From an uncultured Phycisphaerales bacterium (GTDB lineage: Bacteria; Planctomycetota; Phycisphaerae; Tepidisphaerales; Tepidisphaeraceae), in contig CAVWVQ010000003.1 in the NCBI GenBank assembly GCA_963758525.1, forward strand, positions 928,001-992,000: DNA of 64,000 nt, read 5' to 3'. Of the stretch, positions 24,512 to 35,171 are shown piece by piece. Both the position numbers and the translations under genes were made by a program. The notes under the pieces are model-generated. The model was given only the letters and a program-made list of their open reading frames with translations. It was not told where the DNA came from and made no database searches. How positions within the stretch are numbered: position 1 is the stretch's first letter; each line of letters begins with the position of its first letter.

Positions 24512-25963
24512 TCACGGATCCTTCCCGCGCCCTCCCAGCGTCACCATCGTCTCGACATACTCCTTCTCCCTGCGAAGTCGCAGACGAATCGCTTGCCCCG
24601 GTTCATGCGGCGCCAGCAGCCGTTCGAGAGCCGCGCGGTCGCGGAGTTCCTTGCCGTCCATTGCCACCAGGATATCTCCGACCTTGACGTCTCCCGACAT
24701 CGCGGGACTGCCGGCAGGAACGCTTGCAATGCGCACGCCATCGATCGCGTCGGCGATTCCCACGCCCAGCAGCGGCCCGCCGGGACGCGCGGCGCTCGCG
24801 CAACAGGCCGATCCAAAATCCATTGCACAAACGCCTTCCGCAGGCTCGCGAGGCTGGAGCCCGTGACCTTCTCCAGCGCCGCTGCGCCGGTCGGATCCTG
24901 CTCATACCCCGCCACATAGGCATCGTAGAACGCCTTCAGCAGCCCCGTTTCCTGCAGAAATTGCAGCAGGCAGCCCGACTCGCCGTATGCGAGATTCGGC
25001 CGCGCGCTGAAATCCTGCCGCGTCATCCGCACCAGCGTTTCCAGCGCCGGCAACTCGCCGCTCTTTGCCGCCACCCGAACAAACTTCAGCCGGGCGTTGT
25101 CGTGCGCGATGTATTTCCCATCGTCGATCTCGCCGCTCTCGAAGAGCGTGGCCAACCCCTCGCTGAGCCAGACGGGATGCTCCTGTCCCAGCGCATGCTG
25201 ATCGGCCGCGTGCAGCGCGTGGGTGAATTCGTGTGTCACAAATTGGCCCAGCCGCATCGACACCGCCGTTCGCGTCGCATCGTCATATTCACCGCCGAGA
25301 TGCGGCGCCAGAGCGAGCCGCGCAAAGTCGGCGCCGGTGGGGATGACGATGCGGATAAACTCGTCCGGCGGATGGGAGAAAACCGCCCTCTCCTCGGCCG
25401 ACTCGACAACCAGCAGATCGCTTTCCAGCATCGCCAGCGTTGGCTGATCCACCGCGGCGGCAAACACCAGTTTGTGCTGTTCATCGGCGTCGTACACATA
25501 TTGTTCCCCCAGCTCGCGGCGCAGTTCCGCGATCGCCAGCCCCGCCGCGTGATGCACGATCTGGTCCTTGCGCAAGCAACGCCTCGAATCGCGGGGAATC
25601 GCGCACCTCGGCCAGCGCCCGATTGCTCGCGAGCATTGTGAAATCCGTAAAGCCCGCATCGGTTGCCTGCTCGAGTGCCCCCATCGCATCCGCGCTCTTC
25701 CCCTCGGCGGCCAACACGCACGCCAGGTTATAGAGCCGCGTCGGCTGCGCCGGCACGAGCGCCAGGGATTGACGCAGAGTCGATTCAGCGTCGGAAAGTT
25801 TCCCGCGATCGATCAGATCAGATGCACGACGCGAGAGCTCCGCCGCCCGCTGTTGCTGCGCCGGCGAAGAATCGGCAGCGGCAAGCGGCGATGAAGAATG
25901 GAGACAAATCATCGCGCCAAGCGCGATATGCCGTCGTCGGAGTTGAAAGCATCCCCGTGGCAT
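24512..25963 (-). CDS. Secreted TPR + zincin-like (HEXXH) + PDZ protein (two frameshifts)
   Basis: Signal-like N-terminus and YNLAC TPR (25978 frame); HEFTHAL and P.WLSEGLA (25689 frame); PDZ LGV...V.AGSPA...VKVGDILV (24823 frame). Confidence 0.72.
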
Positions 25964-26110
25964 GGGCGTCCCGCCCATGTTAGCGACGCGGAGCTAACAA
26001 ATACTCTCGATACTCTCGATATCGAAATTTCATACTCCCGCGCCGCCAACATGGGCGAGACGCGCCGGACGCCCATGCCACACACAATGCCAAGGCGGCG
26101 TGTGCGATCC

Positions 26111-26200
26111 GGCGCTCGAAAGTGGCCATCAGCTCCGAGTAGGGCGGGATTCATCCCGCCGATTTGTTGGCTGGCCGAGGAAAACGGCGGGAAATTCACG
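26111..26200. repeat. REP family A element, GTAGGGCGGGATTCATCCCGCC
   Basis: Inverted near-identical copy of ~32222-32301. Confidence 0.85.
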
Positions 26201-26259
26201 CCACCCCGCGCCACCGGGAACTTTCAAGCCGAATACGGCTCGGGTACGATGCCCCTGCA

Positions 26260-27162
26260 ATGGACGCTGGGCACAAAGACAACGCGGATTTGCGAATCGA
26301 CCAGATCCTCGGCAAGGGGAAGCCGGTGATCTCGTTCGAGTTTTTCCCGCCGAAAACCGAGGCGGGATTCAACGCCCTCTACCAGACGATCAACGAACTC
26401 CATCCGCTGCACCCCTCGTACGTTTCGGTGACCTACGGCGCCGGCGGGAGCACCCGATCGAAAACCGTCGAGCTGGTCGAGCGAATTCAGAACAATCTCA
26501 AGCTCCGCGCGATGGCCCATCTGACCTGCGTCGGCCATACGTCCAATGAGATCGGCGAGATTCTCGACGATCTCTGGAAGGCCAACATCCGCAACGTCCT
26601 CGCCCTGCGCGGCGATCCACAGCCCGGGCAGATGCAGTTTGTCGCCACCCAAGGTGGCTTTGCCTACGCGGACGAATTGGTTTCCTTTGCCAGATCGCAT
26701 CACGATTTCTGCATCGGCGTCGCCGGTTATCCCGAGGGGCACCCGCAGTGCCTGAACCTCGCCCGCGACATGCAGAACCTCAAACGCAAAGTCGACAACG
26801 GCGGCTGCTTCATCGTGACCCAGCTCTTCTTCGACAACACCGATTTCTACCGCTTCCGCGAAACCGCCCGTCTCATGGGCATCAGCGTGCCGATCGTCGC
26901 CGGCATCATGCCGATCCTCAATGTCGCGCAGATCAAGCGGTTTGTCTCCATGTGCGGCGCCAAGATTCCGCAACGCCTGCTCGTAAAGCTCGAATCGCTC
27001 GAGGCCGACCCGGAAGCGGTCTATGCCGCCGGCGTTGAATTCGCGACACGCCAATGCCAGGACCTCCTCTTCAACGGCGTCGACGGACTTCACTTCTATA
27101 CGCTCAACAAGAGCAAGGCGACGGTGCAGATCTGCGAACAGTTGGGCGTGTCCGCAGCGTGA
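26260..27162 (+). CDS. metF: Methylenetetrahydrofolate reductase
   Basis: SFEFFPPK, SVTYGAGGS, AHLTC, LALRGD, AGYPEGH, TQLFFD, LHFYTLN. Confidence 0.95.
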   Translation: MDAGHKDNADLRIDQILGKGKPVISFEFFPPKTEAGFNALYQTINELHPLHPSYVSVTYGAGGSTRSKTVELVERIQNNLKLRAMAHLTCVGHTSNEIGEILDDLWKANIRNVLALRGDPQPGQMQFVATQGGFAYADELVSFARSHHDFCIGVAGYPEGHPQCLNLARDMQNLKRKVDNGGCFIVTQLFFDNTDFYRFRETARLMGISVPIVAGIMPILNVAQIKRFVSMCGAKIPQRLLVKLESLEADPEAVYAAGVEFATRQCQDLLFNGVDGLHFYTLNKSKATVQICEQLGVSAA

Positions 27163-27173
27163 TCGGCACTTGC

Positions 27174-27490
27174 AAAGCTCGAATGTCGAAGCTCGAATCC
27201 TCGAAGCAAGCTCGAAGCTCGAAGCTCGAATCCTCGAAGCAAGCTCGAAGCTCGAAGCTCGAATGTAGAAACTCGAAACAGGCGGGACGTCACGAAAACC
27301 CGAATGACGAAACCAGAATCCCCGAATCAAACCAGAATGACGAATGACTAAATGAAGACGGGGGAATGCGGGTCCTCTGGTAGCTCGATCGGTATCGAGG
27401 CTCCGGGGATGTGTTGCGAGAACAGACCGTTCCGACATTCGTCATTCGGGCTTCGGATTTGATTCGGAATTCGGGTTTCGGAATTCGGGT
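27174..27490. repeat. AAGCTCG tandem repeats plus paired inverted CGAATGA/TCATTCG arrays
   Basis: About three 31-bp units at 27174-27265. Arms at 27290-27355 and 27435-27490, with a paralog at 49460-49685. Confidence 0.75.
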
Positions 27491-27582
27491 TTCCGCCCGC
27501 AGTGGCGGCAGGGTTTCGTCATGCGAATTTCCCAACATGGCCTCCCCTCGGCCCACGCGATCCCACCACCCGCACCGATCCC

Positions 27583-27622
27583 AAAAAGAAAGCCCCTCAT
27601 CCGAAGATGAAGGGCTCTTTCT
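27583..27622 (-). terminator. Rho-independent terminator downstream of the RRM gene
   Basis: AGCCC-TCAT..ATGA-GGGCT stem with a T-tract on the minus strand. Confidence 0.7.
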
Positions 27623-27654
27623 ATTTGCGTTATCGACGTGAGTCGAAAGCCGGC

Positions 27655-28080
27655 TTAGTAGCGATCGCGGCCGCCGCGATCGCGGCCACCGCCGCCACCG
27701 CCGCCGCCGTATCCACCACCGCCGCCGCTGCGGCCACCGCCGCCGCCGCCGAATCCACCGCCGCCGCCGCGACGGCCACCGCCGCCACCGCCGCCGCCGT
27801 ACCCACCACCGCCACCGCCGCCGCCACGCTCTTCGCGGGGACGTGCTTCGTTGACGGTCAGAGCGCGGCCGCCATGCTCGTGACCGTTAAGCGCCGCAAT
27901 GGCAGCCTCGGCCTCGGCATCGTTAGCCATTTCGACAAAGCCAAAACCCTTGCTGCGGCCCGTGTCGCGATCATTGATGATCTGAGCAGAAACCACCTGC
28001 CCGTGTGCAGTGAACAACTGCTCTAGTTCCGAGCTATCTACGCTGTAGCTCAAATTCCCCACATACAACTTCTTACCCAT
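27655..28080 (-). CDS. RRM RNA-binding protein with Gly-rich tail
   Basis: RNP2 LYVGNL, RNP1 KGFGFVEM, LTVNEARPR. Confidence 0.95.
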   Translation of the reverse strand: MGKKLYVGNLSYSVDSSELEQLFTAHGQVVSAQIINDRDTGRSKGFGFVEMANDAEAEAAIAALNGHEHGGRALTVNEARPREERGGGGGGGGYGGGGGGGGRRGGGGGFGGGGGGRSGGGGGYGGGGGGGGRDRGGRDRY

Positions 28081-28568
28081 TGGAAATCTCCTATGGAATG
28101 GGTATCAACAGCCCGTGTTTTGAAACGGTTCTTTCCGGGCCAGAATCGAAAGAGGTTGACATACCAACCGGGGGATGTGCGACACAGACGGAGGAAGAAA
28201 CAAACACGATGCAAGTTTCCTGAGGCCGATCGACGTACCCGCCACCTTGAGCGGATACGATACCGCTTTCCACAGGGATAGCAAGAGTCAAATCTGAGGA
28301 AGGCACGGAGGCACAAAGGCACGGAGGCACGAAGGGGAAGAGAGTGACCGCCGGAGACCCTGTCGCGTCGATACCGCCGACGGCGCCGCCGTAGCTTGCC
28401 CTTCGCGGCGACAGTCCCTCCTCGACAACCCGCGGCCTACCCCTTTGACCTCCAACCCGCCCTGCCTCCACCTCTTCCCTCCCCCATCCTCCCCTCCGTG
28501 CCTACGTGCCTACGTGCCTTCGTGCCTTCCCCCCGTGCCTTTCTCCCCCCACGTCTTATAATCCCCCC

Positions 28569-29540
28569 ATGATTCTCGCAGGCATTGATGAGGCAGGTTA
28601 CGGCCCCGTGCTGGGGCCCTTGGTCGTCGGCTGCACCGCCTTCGAAGTGCTTCCTGACGTTGAAGGAACCCAAATTCCCTGTCTTTGGAAACGCCTCAAT
28701 CGATGTGTCAGCAGGAACCGCAGCAAGAGCGGACGGAAGCTGCACGTGAACGACAGCAAGATCGTCTACTCCCCCGCCAACGGGCTTGCGGAACTGGAGC
28801 GGTCGGTGCTCGCCCTGGTGACGGCGATGGGAGATTGGCCGGATGGACTCATCGCGCTGCTGCGTGTCGTGGCAACGGACGTGGTCCCCCAGATGCAGCG
28901 ATACCCCTGGTACCATCCGCCGGATGACGAAGCCTTTCCGCTGGCGCAGGAGGCCATGGCGATCCGACTCCTGGCCAACGCCCTTCGCGCCGAGATGCAT
29001 CGCTCCAATACCCGCTGCGTCCACGTTGCCGCTCGCGTGATATGCGAGCATGAACTCAATGCGATGCTCAACGCAACCCGCAATAAAGGGAGCACGCTCT
29101 TTTCCGTCACGTCAATGCATCTGGATCACTTGCTGAGAACCTACGGCCGCCTGGGACTGACCATCGTCTGCGATCGTCACGGCGGCCGCGGTCATTACGG
29201 CGCTCTGCTTCGACTCATGTTCGAAGACTGGTCGCTGGAAATCGTCGACGAACAGGAAGCTGTCAGCGAATATCAATTGTGCCAGAACGGCGCCGCCGTG
29301 CGGATCATTTTCCGCGAGAAAGCGGAGGCGCAGTGCCTGCCGGTCGCGTACGCGTCGATGGTGAGCAAATATCTGCGCGAAGCGATGATGCATCGCTTCA
29401 ACGCATTTTGGAAAGTCCAATCCCCCGGCGTGCATCCCACCGCCGGATATCACAACGACGGTATCCGCTTCCTCACCGACATCTCCAAACGACGCCTCGA
29501 ACTGGGCATCCCAGATGAGCTGCTGATTCGCTCGCGGTGA
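28569..29540 (+). CDS. Ribonuclease HII-like protein
   Basis: ILAGIDEAGYGP.LGPLVV, V.DSK, KAE..CLPVA.ASM.SKY.RE, AGY. Confidence 0.8.
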   Translation: MILAGIDEAGYGPVLGPLVVGCTAFEVLPDVEGTQIPCLWKRLNRCVSRNRSKSGRKLHVNDSKIVYSPANGLAELERSVLALVTAMGDWPDGLIALLRVVATDVVPQMQRYPWYHPPDDEAFPLAQEAMAIRLLANALRAEMHRSNTRCVHVAARVICEHELNAMLNATRNKGSTLFSVTSMHLDHLLRTYGRLGLTIVCDRHGGRGHYGALLRLMFEDWSLEIVDEQEAVSEYQLCQNGAAVRIIFREKAEAQCLPVAYASMVSKYLREAMMHRFNAFWKVQSPGVHPTAGYHNDGIRFLTDISKRRLELGIPDELLIRSR

Positions 29541-29552
29541 GCGATTGCGGCT

Positions 29553-29873
29553 TCACTGCCGTCCTCGAAGCCGATGCAGATGGTGGCGAATCGCAACTGC
29601 AGCGGCCCCGATGCAGACGAGCAGCACAAACACGCAGTAAACGAAGACGATCGTGTCGCCGCCGTTTTGTACAAAGTCACGAATCAACGCGAGAAAGAGA
29701 ATGATCAGCACCGCGCAAATGCTGGTTCGATTGAACACGTCGCCGCCCGGATCCTCGGGATCTTCGGTACAAATGGAGTTACCTGGGGGCGCTGTCGCCG
29801 CGTGCTCCGCAGACGAGGGAGGCCTGGCATAGGAAAGCGATCGCAATTCGGGGTCCGGGGATGCGTTACCCAT
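29553..29873 (-). CDS. Hypothetical membrane protein
   Basis: LSYARP motif and two TM helices. Confidence 0.5.
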   Translation of the reverse strand: MGNASPDPELRSLSYARPPSSAEHAATAPPGNSICTEDPEDPGGDVFNRTSICAVLIILFLALIRDFVQNGGDTIVFVYCVFVLLVCIGAAAVAIRHHLHRLRGRQ

Positions 29874-29957
29874 TTTTACCACTTGCCGTATTTTAGGGGG
29901 GTTCAGAACCTGTTTATGTCTCTTCGCGCAGCCAACTGCCGATCGGCGGGGAACGTA

Positions 29958-29999
29958 CCCCCCTCTCCCGGTAGTCCGGGAGAGGGCAGGGGTGAGGGT
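29958..29999. repeat. CCCTCTCCC...GGGAGAGGG-type palindromic repeat
   Basis: Related copies at ~34935-34976 and ~47251-47290. Confidence 0.65.
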
Positions 30000-30091
30000 G
30001 ATCTCGCGAACACCGGCGCACGCTGATCTTGCAAATCACCGCAAGCTCAGGTCGACAGGGCAGTTTCCGCTCTCGTTCGCGACGGCCGCTC

Positions 30092-30147
30092 GTCGCATGG
30101 CCGACTCGGCTGTGAACGCCAAGCCACAGCCGGGACGGCTGTGCTAC
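30092..30147. repeat. REP family C doublet (GTAGCACAGCCGTCYCGGCTGTG)
   Basis: Second doublet at 35060-35113. Confidence 0.8.
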
Positions 30148-30282
30148 GAAATTCGCAACTGCGTGGCGTCGAAACCGCGGGTAGCGCCAGCGAATCTCGC
30201 AGTTTTTCCTTGCCTTTCAAGCGAAAAATGGGATAGCCTGACACATGAACAAAAGCACATCACGTTCAGTATGTCATAGCAA

Positions 30283-31278
30283 GTGAGCAATACCATGATC
30301 CCATTTAGATTTGCACCCGTACTGGTCGTCGCGCTGTGTTTGATTAGTACCACCCCGGCCTTTGCCCGCACGAGGGTTTCAGCCGCGGCGCAACAGGCGG
30401 CGGACGCCAAGAAAAAGCAGGAGCAGCAGCAGGAAGAGCAGCAGGAGCAACAGCGACGGGCGGCGGAGCAGGCTCAGGTCCAGGCGGTGAATGCCGCCCA
30501 GAAAAGCCTGGACGATGCGCAGGCTGCCCTGAACGCCGTCACGCTCAAAGCGGAAACGCAATTCGAATCGTCGCCGGAATACATCGCCGCCAACAACGAA
30601 TTGAAGGCAGATCAGGCCGCGTATGACGCGGCCGCAGGCACCGTGGCAACCAAGGCCGACGCGGACCCGGCATTTGCCTCGGCGAAAGCGCGCAGCGACA
30701 AATTGGAAGCTGAGCTTGCGGATATGAAGGCGGGCGGCGTCAGTTCCGACGACGAAATCGTTGCCAAGTCGCAGGAGGTGATGCAAGCCTCCTCCGCCAC
30801 TCACAAGATCGAAACCGACGCAGTCGCCGCTGACCCGGCAGCCACCGCGGCCCACGAGAAGCTGATCGCCGCGCAAAAGACAATGGACGCGCTCAAGGCC
30901 GACTTTCACGCGAAGCTGAGCAAGACGCCCGATTATGCGGCGGCGAAGAGCGCGGTGGACGCCGCCGATCAGCAACTGATCGCCGCCCAGCGCGGCGAAG
31001 GCCGTGGCGTCCCGGCAGTCGCAACGACCGTGAAGGGGAAGATCACCGGCGTCGGCAACGACAGCTTCACGATGGCAGTTTCGGAGGCCAAAAAGAAGAG
31101 CCGAATCGTGACCGTGAAATACACCAGCGGCGCCACCATCACCGGCCCCGCCAGCGGAACGATCGACAAGACCGCCATCGGTCAAACCGCCAGCGTCGTC
31201 GGTAAAGAGACCGGCAACACCATCAGCGCCTCCAGCATCACCATCAGCGGCACGCCAAAGAAGAGCGGAGCGGCGTGA
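30283..31278 (+). CDS. Secreted Ala-rich coiled-coil protein with C-terminal DUF5666-like domain
   Basis: Signal peptide, long helical region, then a VKGKITGV..DSFT...TV..T..T.I beta domain. Confidence 0.7.
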   Translation: MSNTMIPFRFAPVLVVALCLISTTPAFARTRVSAAAQQAADAKKKQEQQQEEQQEQQRRAAEQAQVQAVNAAQKSLDDAQAALNAVTLKAETQFESSPEYIAANNELKADQAAYDAAAGTVATKADADPAFASAKARSDKLEAELADMKAGGVSSDDEIVAKSQEVMQASSATHKIETDAVAADPAATAAHEKLIAAQKTMDALKADFHAKLSKTPDYAAAKSAVDAADQQLIAAQRGEGRGVPAVATTVKGKITGVGNDSFTMAVSEAKKKSRIVTVKYTSGATITGPASGTIDKTAIGQTASVVGKETGNTISASSITISGTPKKSGAA

Positions 31279-31298
31279 GCGTGCGATGGCCGACTGCT

Positions 31299-31997
31299 CT
31301 AATGATCGAGCATTGGTTTCAGTAAGGAAACCCAAAGCTCGTACCCCGCTCGCACCATATGCAGACCGTCGGGGCGGAAGAGCTTCTTGAGCGGCTTCCC
31401 GTCCGGTCCGAGCATCGGAGTAAATACGTCGACATAATGCAACGACGGATCGGCGGCAACGTCCTGCGCGATCAGGCGATTGGCTTGGCGAATCTTGTCG
31501 ACGATCTTCCACCGCAACAAACTCGGTTTGATCGAGATGAAATAAATCGGCGCTTCTGGAAGCTGCGAACGCACCTTCTCAACGAAAGCCTTGAAATCGG
31601 TCTCCACTTGCTCCGGCGACATTCCGCCGGCCAGGTCATTGTCCCCCGCGTAGAAGACGATCCGGCGCGGGTGGTACGGGAAGATGATTCGATCCGCGAA
31701 AAAGGTGCTGTCGGCGATGCGGGAACCGCCAAAGCCACGATTCATCGTGGGAAACTCGGGGAAATCCGTGGCCAGCGTCGTCCAGAAGCGGATGCTCGAA
31801 CTGCCGATGAAAAGCGTCGCGTCCGCGGGCGGCATCTTCTTCCGATCCGCCCTTTCAAACGCCGCGATTTCATTTTCAAATGCGTGTGGCTTCGCCGGCC
31901 GCGTCGCCGGCGATTCCGCGGAATATGCGACGCTCTGCGCGATGAGCAGCATCCACGCGATCCGCCATGCGATGCTGTTCTTGGGTCGTCTTACCAT
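31299..31997 (-). CDS. SGNH/GDSL hydrolase
   Basis: FIGSSSI, NRGFGGS, AGDND, DGLH. Confidence 0.92.
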   Translation of the reverse strand: MVRRPKNSIAWRIAWMLLIAQSVAYSAESPATRPAKPHAFENEIAAFERADRKKMPPADATLFIGSSSIRFWTTLATDFPEFPTMNRGFGGSRIADSTFFADRIIFPYHPRRIVFYAGDNDLAGGMSPEQVETDFKAFVEKVRSQLPEAPIYFISIKPSLLRWKIVDKIRQANRLIAQDVAADPSLHYVDVFTPMLGPDGKPLKKLFRPDGLHMVRAGYELWVSLLKPMLDH

Positions 31998-32207
31998 TGC
32001 TCTTCACCCTTGGCTCGGATGTGTCGGCCTTGCTTGGTGCAGTCTTCTACCCGCGCGTCTGACATCCGTTGCGTGAGATGGGCGAATGACTCATACCACA
32101 TGGCGACGCTGGATTGAGGTTCTGCAACAAATTCAGATCGGGGTACCTCTGAAGAGTCCGCGCGCTGGGTGTAACTTTTATTTGTGGCGATTGCAGATTT
32201 TGCGATC

Positions 32208-32275
32208 GTAGGGCGGGATTCATCCCGCCGTTTTCTCAGCCGGCCAACAAATCGGCGGGATGAATCCCGCCCTAC
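32208..32275. repeat. REP family A doublet (REPIN-like)
   Basis: GTAGGGCGGGATTCATCCCGCC, 24-nt spacer, then the perfect reverse complement. Confidence 0.9.
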
Positions 32276-32372
32276 TCGGAGCCGATCGCCACTTTCGAGC
32301 GCCACACCCCGCGCGCTTCAGAGCGACGGACTTCCGTTGTCGAAGAGGAGGCGGCGAGTAGGATGTCTGGCG

Positions 32373-34106
32373 ATGCACGTAGCAGCCACGCAAACCACAT
32401 TGCCCGACGATTTGCGGACGCCGGCATCTTCGCGGTCGGGAGAGCCCGGCGCAGCCCGCTTGGGAGCTGCCATCTTTTGGCTGGCGCTGGCGATGCATCT
32501 GCCCTGGCTGGGAATCTCGCCGATCGCCGGGACGGAGGGGCACCGCATCTTCCCGGCGCACGCGATGGTGCAGACCGGGTGGTGGTCGGTGCCGATGCTG
32601 TTCGGCCGGCCGCTGCTGTCGAAACCGCCACTGCACCATTGGCTCATTGCCCTGTCGGAGACGATCACGCGCCGAGGCAATGTGTTTGTCTGGCGGTTGC
32701 CGTCCGCAATTAACGGGGCCGCGGTTTGCGCCGTGGCCTGCTGGTTTGCGGTGCGATGGTTCGGCCGCGTCGCGGGATGGATCAGCGGGTTTTGCGCGGT
32801 GGGGCTGATCACGATCTGGGGGCAGGCGCACGTCGCCGATATTGACGCGACCAACACGCTGGCCGCGGCGCTGACGGCGCTATGCGGGATCGAGCTGTTT
32901 GTCGCGCGCCGCGAAATGGTGGTGCAGGCTTCCAGCCTGCCGCGCGCGGAGCAGCCTGGAAGCCCGCACCGCAATCAGGCCGCCGCGTGGGTGATGACAA
33001 CCGGATTGGCGCTGGCCGCGACAATCATGACCAAGGGCCCTGGCGGACTTCCGATCATTCTCGGTGTCTGGGTGTATGCGCTGATCGCTGTCGGGCGCGG
33101 GCAACGTCTCGGCCTTTTCGCGTCGGCGCGTTTCTGGCTGCCGTGGGTGATTGCGATCGCCCTGTTCGGCTTATGGGTGCTTGCAGCCTGGCATGCGCTG
33201 CACGTGCGTGGATTGCCGATTGATTGGAAGGGAGTCAATGAAGGATCTCGGAAAGTGCATGCCGGTTCGTTGAAGGCGCTGGCGCAGTCGCTGGCGGTGC
33301 TGCCGCCGCAGTTGGTGCTTTTCGCGTTGCCGGTGTCGCTGGCACTGCCGCTCTATTTCCATCCGGAGGTTCGGGCCAGGTTAACTGGATCGCGCGGAAC
33401 GATCGCCAAGGCATTGGTTGGCTCGGTTCTGCTGAGCTGGGCGGTCTGTGTGCTGACCGCAATGACCAACCCCCGCTATGCGTATCCCACGTTGATTCCG
33501 CTCTGCCCGCTGGCCGGCGCCGTCGCCGTTGCTGCAGGCAGCGGGGTGCGATCGCGCGCATTGCTCGGAGCCGCCGCATCCATCAGCGCGATCTTGTTCG
33601 TCGCGGGATCGGCGGCGCTGACGAAGATGGGCTGGCCGACGGCATGGGGAAAGCCGCTGCTCGGTGTGACCTTGATCGCGATCCTGGCCGTCGCGGGCTG
33701 GACGATCTGGCAGCTGCGGTCTTCGTGGCGCGGGGCGTGGGGCCTGGCACTGCTGGCGGTGCTGGCGATCATTCCGTTCTCCGTTCACGAACAACTGGCG
33801 CGCATTGCGACCTCGGGAGTCGGCGTAGCGCCGATCCTGGAACGCGTCGTCGGGGAAAATGGCGTCGTCGCCGTTGGCGGAGCGGTGACGTCAAAGCCGG
33901 AGGCGTTTTACTATGCCAGGGTGCAGCTTCACTTCTACAAACCGGATTTCACGCCACAGGCGGTGCCGCCGGGAAGTTGGGTGGTGCTGGATCAGGCCGA
34001 GCGCAAGCGGTGGCTGGCCGTGCCGGGCGTGAGGCTGGAGCAGGACCGATTTCTCTGTAAGTGGGGGCCGACAAACTACTTCATCGCCTGGTATGCGGCA
34101 CGCTGA
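32373..34106 (+). CDS. ArnT/PMT-like (GT39/GT83) membrane glycosyltransferase
   Basis: E..R...A..M...G.W.VP...G....SKPPL..W, WRLPSA, MTKGP; many TM helices. Confidence 0.82.
   Translation: MHVAATQTTLPDDLRTPASSRSGEPGAARLGAAIFWLALAMHLPWLGISPIAGTEGHRIFPAHAMVQTGWWSVPMLFGRPLLSKPPLHHWLIALSETITRRGNVFVWRLPSAINGAAVCAVACWFAVRWFGRVAGWISGFCAVGLITIWGQAHVADIDATNTLAAALTALCGIELFVARREMVVQASSLPRAEQPGSPHRNQAAAWVMTTGLALAATIMTKGPGGLPIILGVWVYALIAVGRGQRLGLFASARFWLPWVIAIALFGLWVLAAWHALHVRGLPIDWKGVNEGSRKVHAGSLKALAQSLAVLPPQLVLFALPVSLALPLYFHPEVRARLTGSRGTIAKALVGSVLLSWAVCVLTAMTNPRYAYPTLIPLCPLAGAVAVAAGSGVRSRALLGAAASISAILFVAGSAALTKMGWPTAWGKPLLGVTLIAILAVAGWTIWQLRSSWRGAWGLALLAVLAIIPFSVHEQLARIATSGVGVAPILERVVGENGVVAVGGAVTSKPEAFYYARVQLHFYKPDFTPQAVPPGSWVVLDQAERKRWLAVPGVRLEQDRFLCKWGPTNYFIAWYAAR
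32919..32972. repeat. REP family D doublet lying in frame inside the ArnT-like CDS
   Basis: GTGGTGCAGGCTTCCAGCCTGC with an inverted partner at 32951-32972; 54 bp in total. Intergenic copy at 63611-63632. Confidence 0.75.
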
Positions 34107-34177
34107 TTTCTATAGCCGGGGCAGAATTTCCGCATCGTTTGTCCTAGAATTGCTTGATCAGTTGAAAGGAACACAAG

Positions 34178-34903
34178 ATGTCCATGTATCCGAATTCAAA
34201 TCGACCGTACCCGATGGCTTACGAAGCGCAGGGCGCAAGCTCCGCTGCCATCACAACATTCTTCAATGCCGTCTACGCGTGGATGGCCGCCGGCTTGGCC
34301 CTCACCGCCGTGGTGGCCTGGTATATCTCGACGCAGCCGGACGTCATGCGGATGTTCATCGGCGGACCGCTGATGTGGATCTGTCTGATTGCCGAATTGG
34401 TTCTCGTTGCCACCGTCGCCATGGCCGTCCAGCGCCTCTCCGCCTCTGCGGCAACCGCGCTCTTCCTGCTCTACGCGGGGCTCAACGGGCTGACCCTCTC
34501 GGTGATCTTCGTGGTCTACGCCCATGCCGTCCTGGCCAGCGCCTTCATCATCACGGCAGGAATGTTCGGCGCAATGAGCGTGTACGGACACGTAACACGG
34601 CGCGATCTGACCGGCTTCGGCAGTCTGCTGTTCATGGGACTGATTGGAGTCGTTCTCGCCTCAGTCGTCAGCATCTTCTGGCACAACACGATGCTGAACA
34701 CCATCATCAATTACGTCGGCGTCTTCGTGTTTGTTGGTCTTACCGCCTACGACACCCAGCGCCTACGCCAGATCGCGATCGCCACGCAGGGGAACGCAGC
34801 GGCCGCCGCCCGCATGTCGGTTAACGGCGCACTGATGCTCTACCTCGACTTCATCAACCTGTTCTTGTTCCTGCTCCGCATTCTGGGCGACCGTCAGCGA
34901 TGA
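34178..34903 (+). CDS. Bax inhibitor-1/YccA family membrane protein
   Basis: VY.WM..GL..TA, GLTAYDTQ.L, AL.LYLDFINLFL.LLRI.G. Confidence 0.93.
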   Translation: MSMYPNSNRPYPMAYEAQGASSAAITTFFNAVYAWMAAGLALTAVVAWYISTQPDVMRMFIGGPLMWICLIAELVLVATVAMAVQRLSASAATALFLLYAGLNGLTLSVIFVVYAHAVLASAFIITAGMFGAMSVYGHVTRRDLTGFGSLLFMGLIGVVLASVVSIFWHNTMLNTIINYVGVFVFVGLTAYDTQRLRQIAIATQGNAAAAARMSVNGALMLYLDFINLFLFLLRILGDRQR

Positions 34904-35059
34904 TGAGCGACTTGGATTTCCGGCCGGCTTCCTGCCTCCTCCCCTCGTACCCGGGGGGAGGATCGAGGTGGGGGGAAAATCGCGAACTTGCCTTGGCCCA
35001 CCGGGCTGATGAACCCCCGCCCAACCCCGCGCCGCAAGTAACCCGAAGCGGATTCCCCC

Positions 35060-35113
35060 GTCGCACAGCCGTCTCGGCTGTGATTTCGGCCACAGCCGAG
35101 ACGGCTGTGCTAC
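35060..35113. repeat. REP family C doublet
   Basis: CACAGCCGTCTCGGCTGTG and an inverted partner ending in CTAC. Confidence 0.85.
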
Positions 35114-35171
35114 AAATTGCGTCCCCTATCAGTAGCTCAGCGATTGATCATGTTTTTCCGTGCGCGAACGC

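Noticed and set aside
26200..26260. SAM/SAH riboswitch upstream of metF
   Set aside because: No recognisable conserved core; the upstream region is occupied by REP elements.
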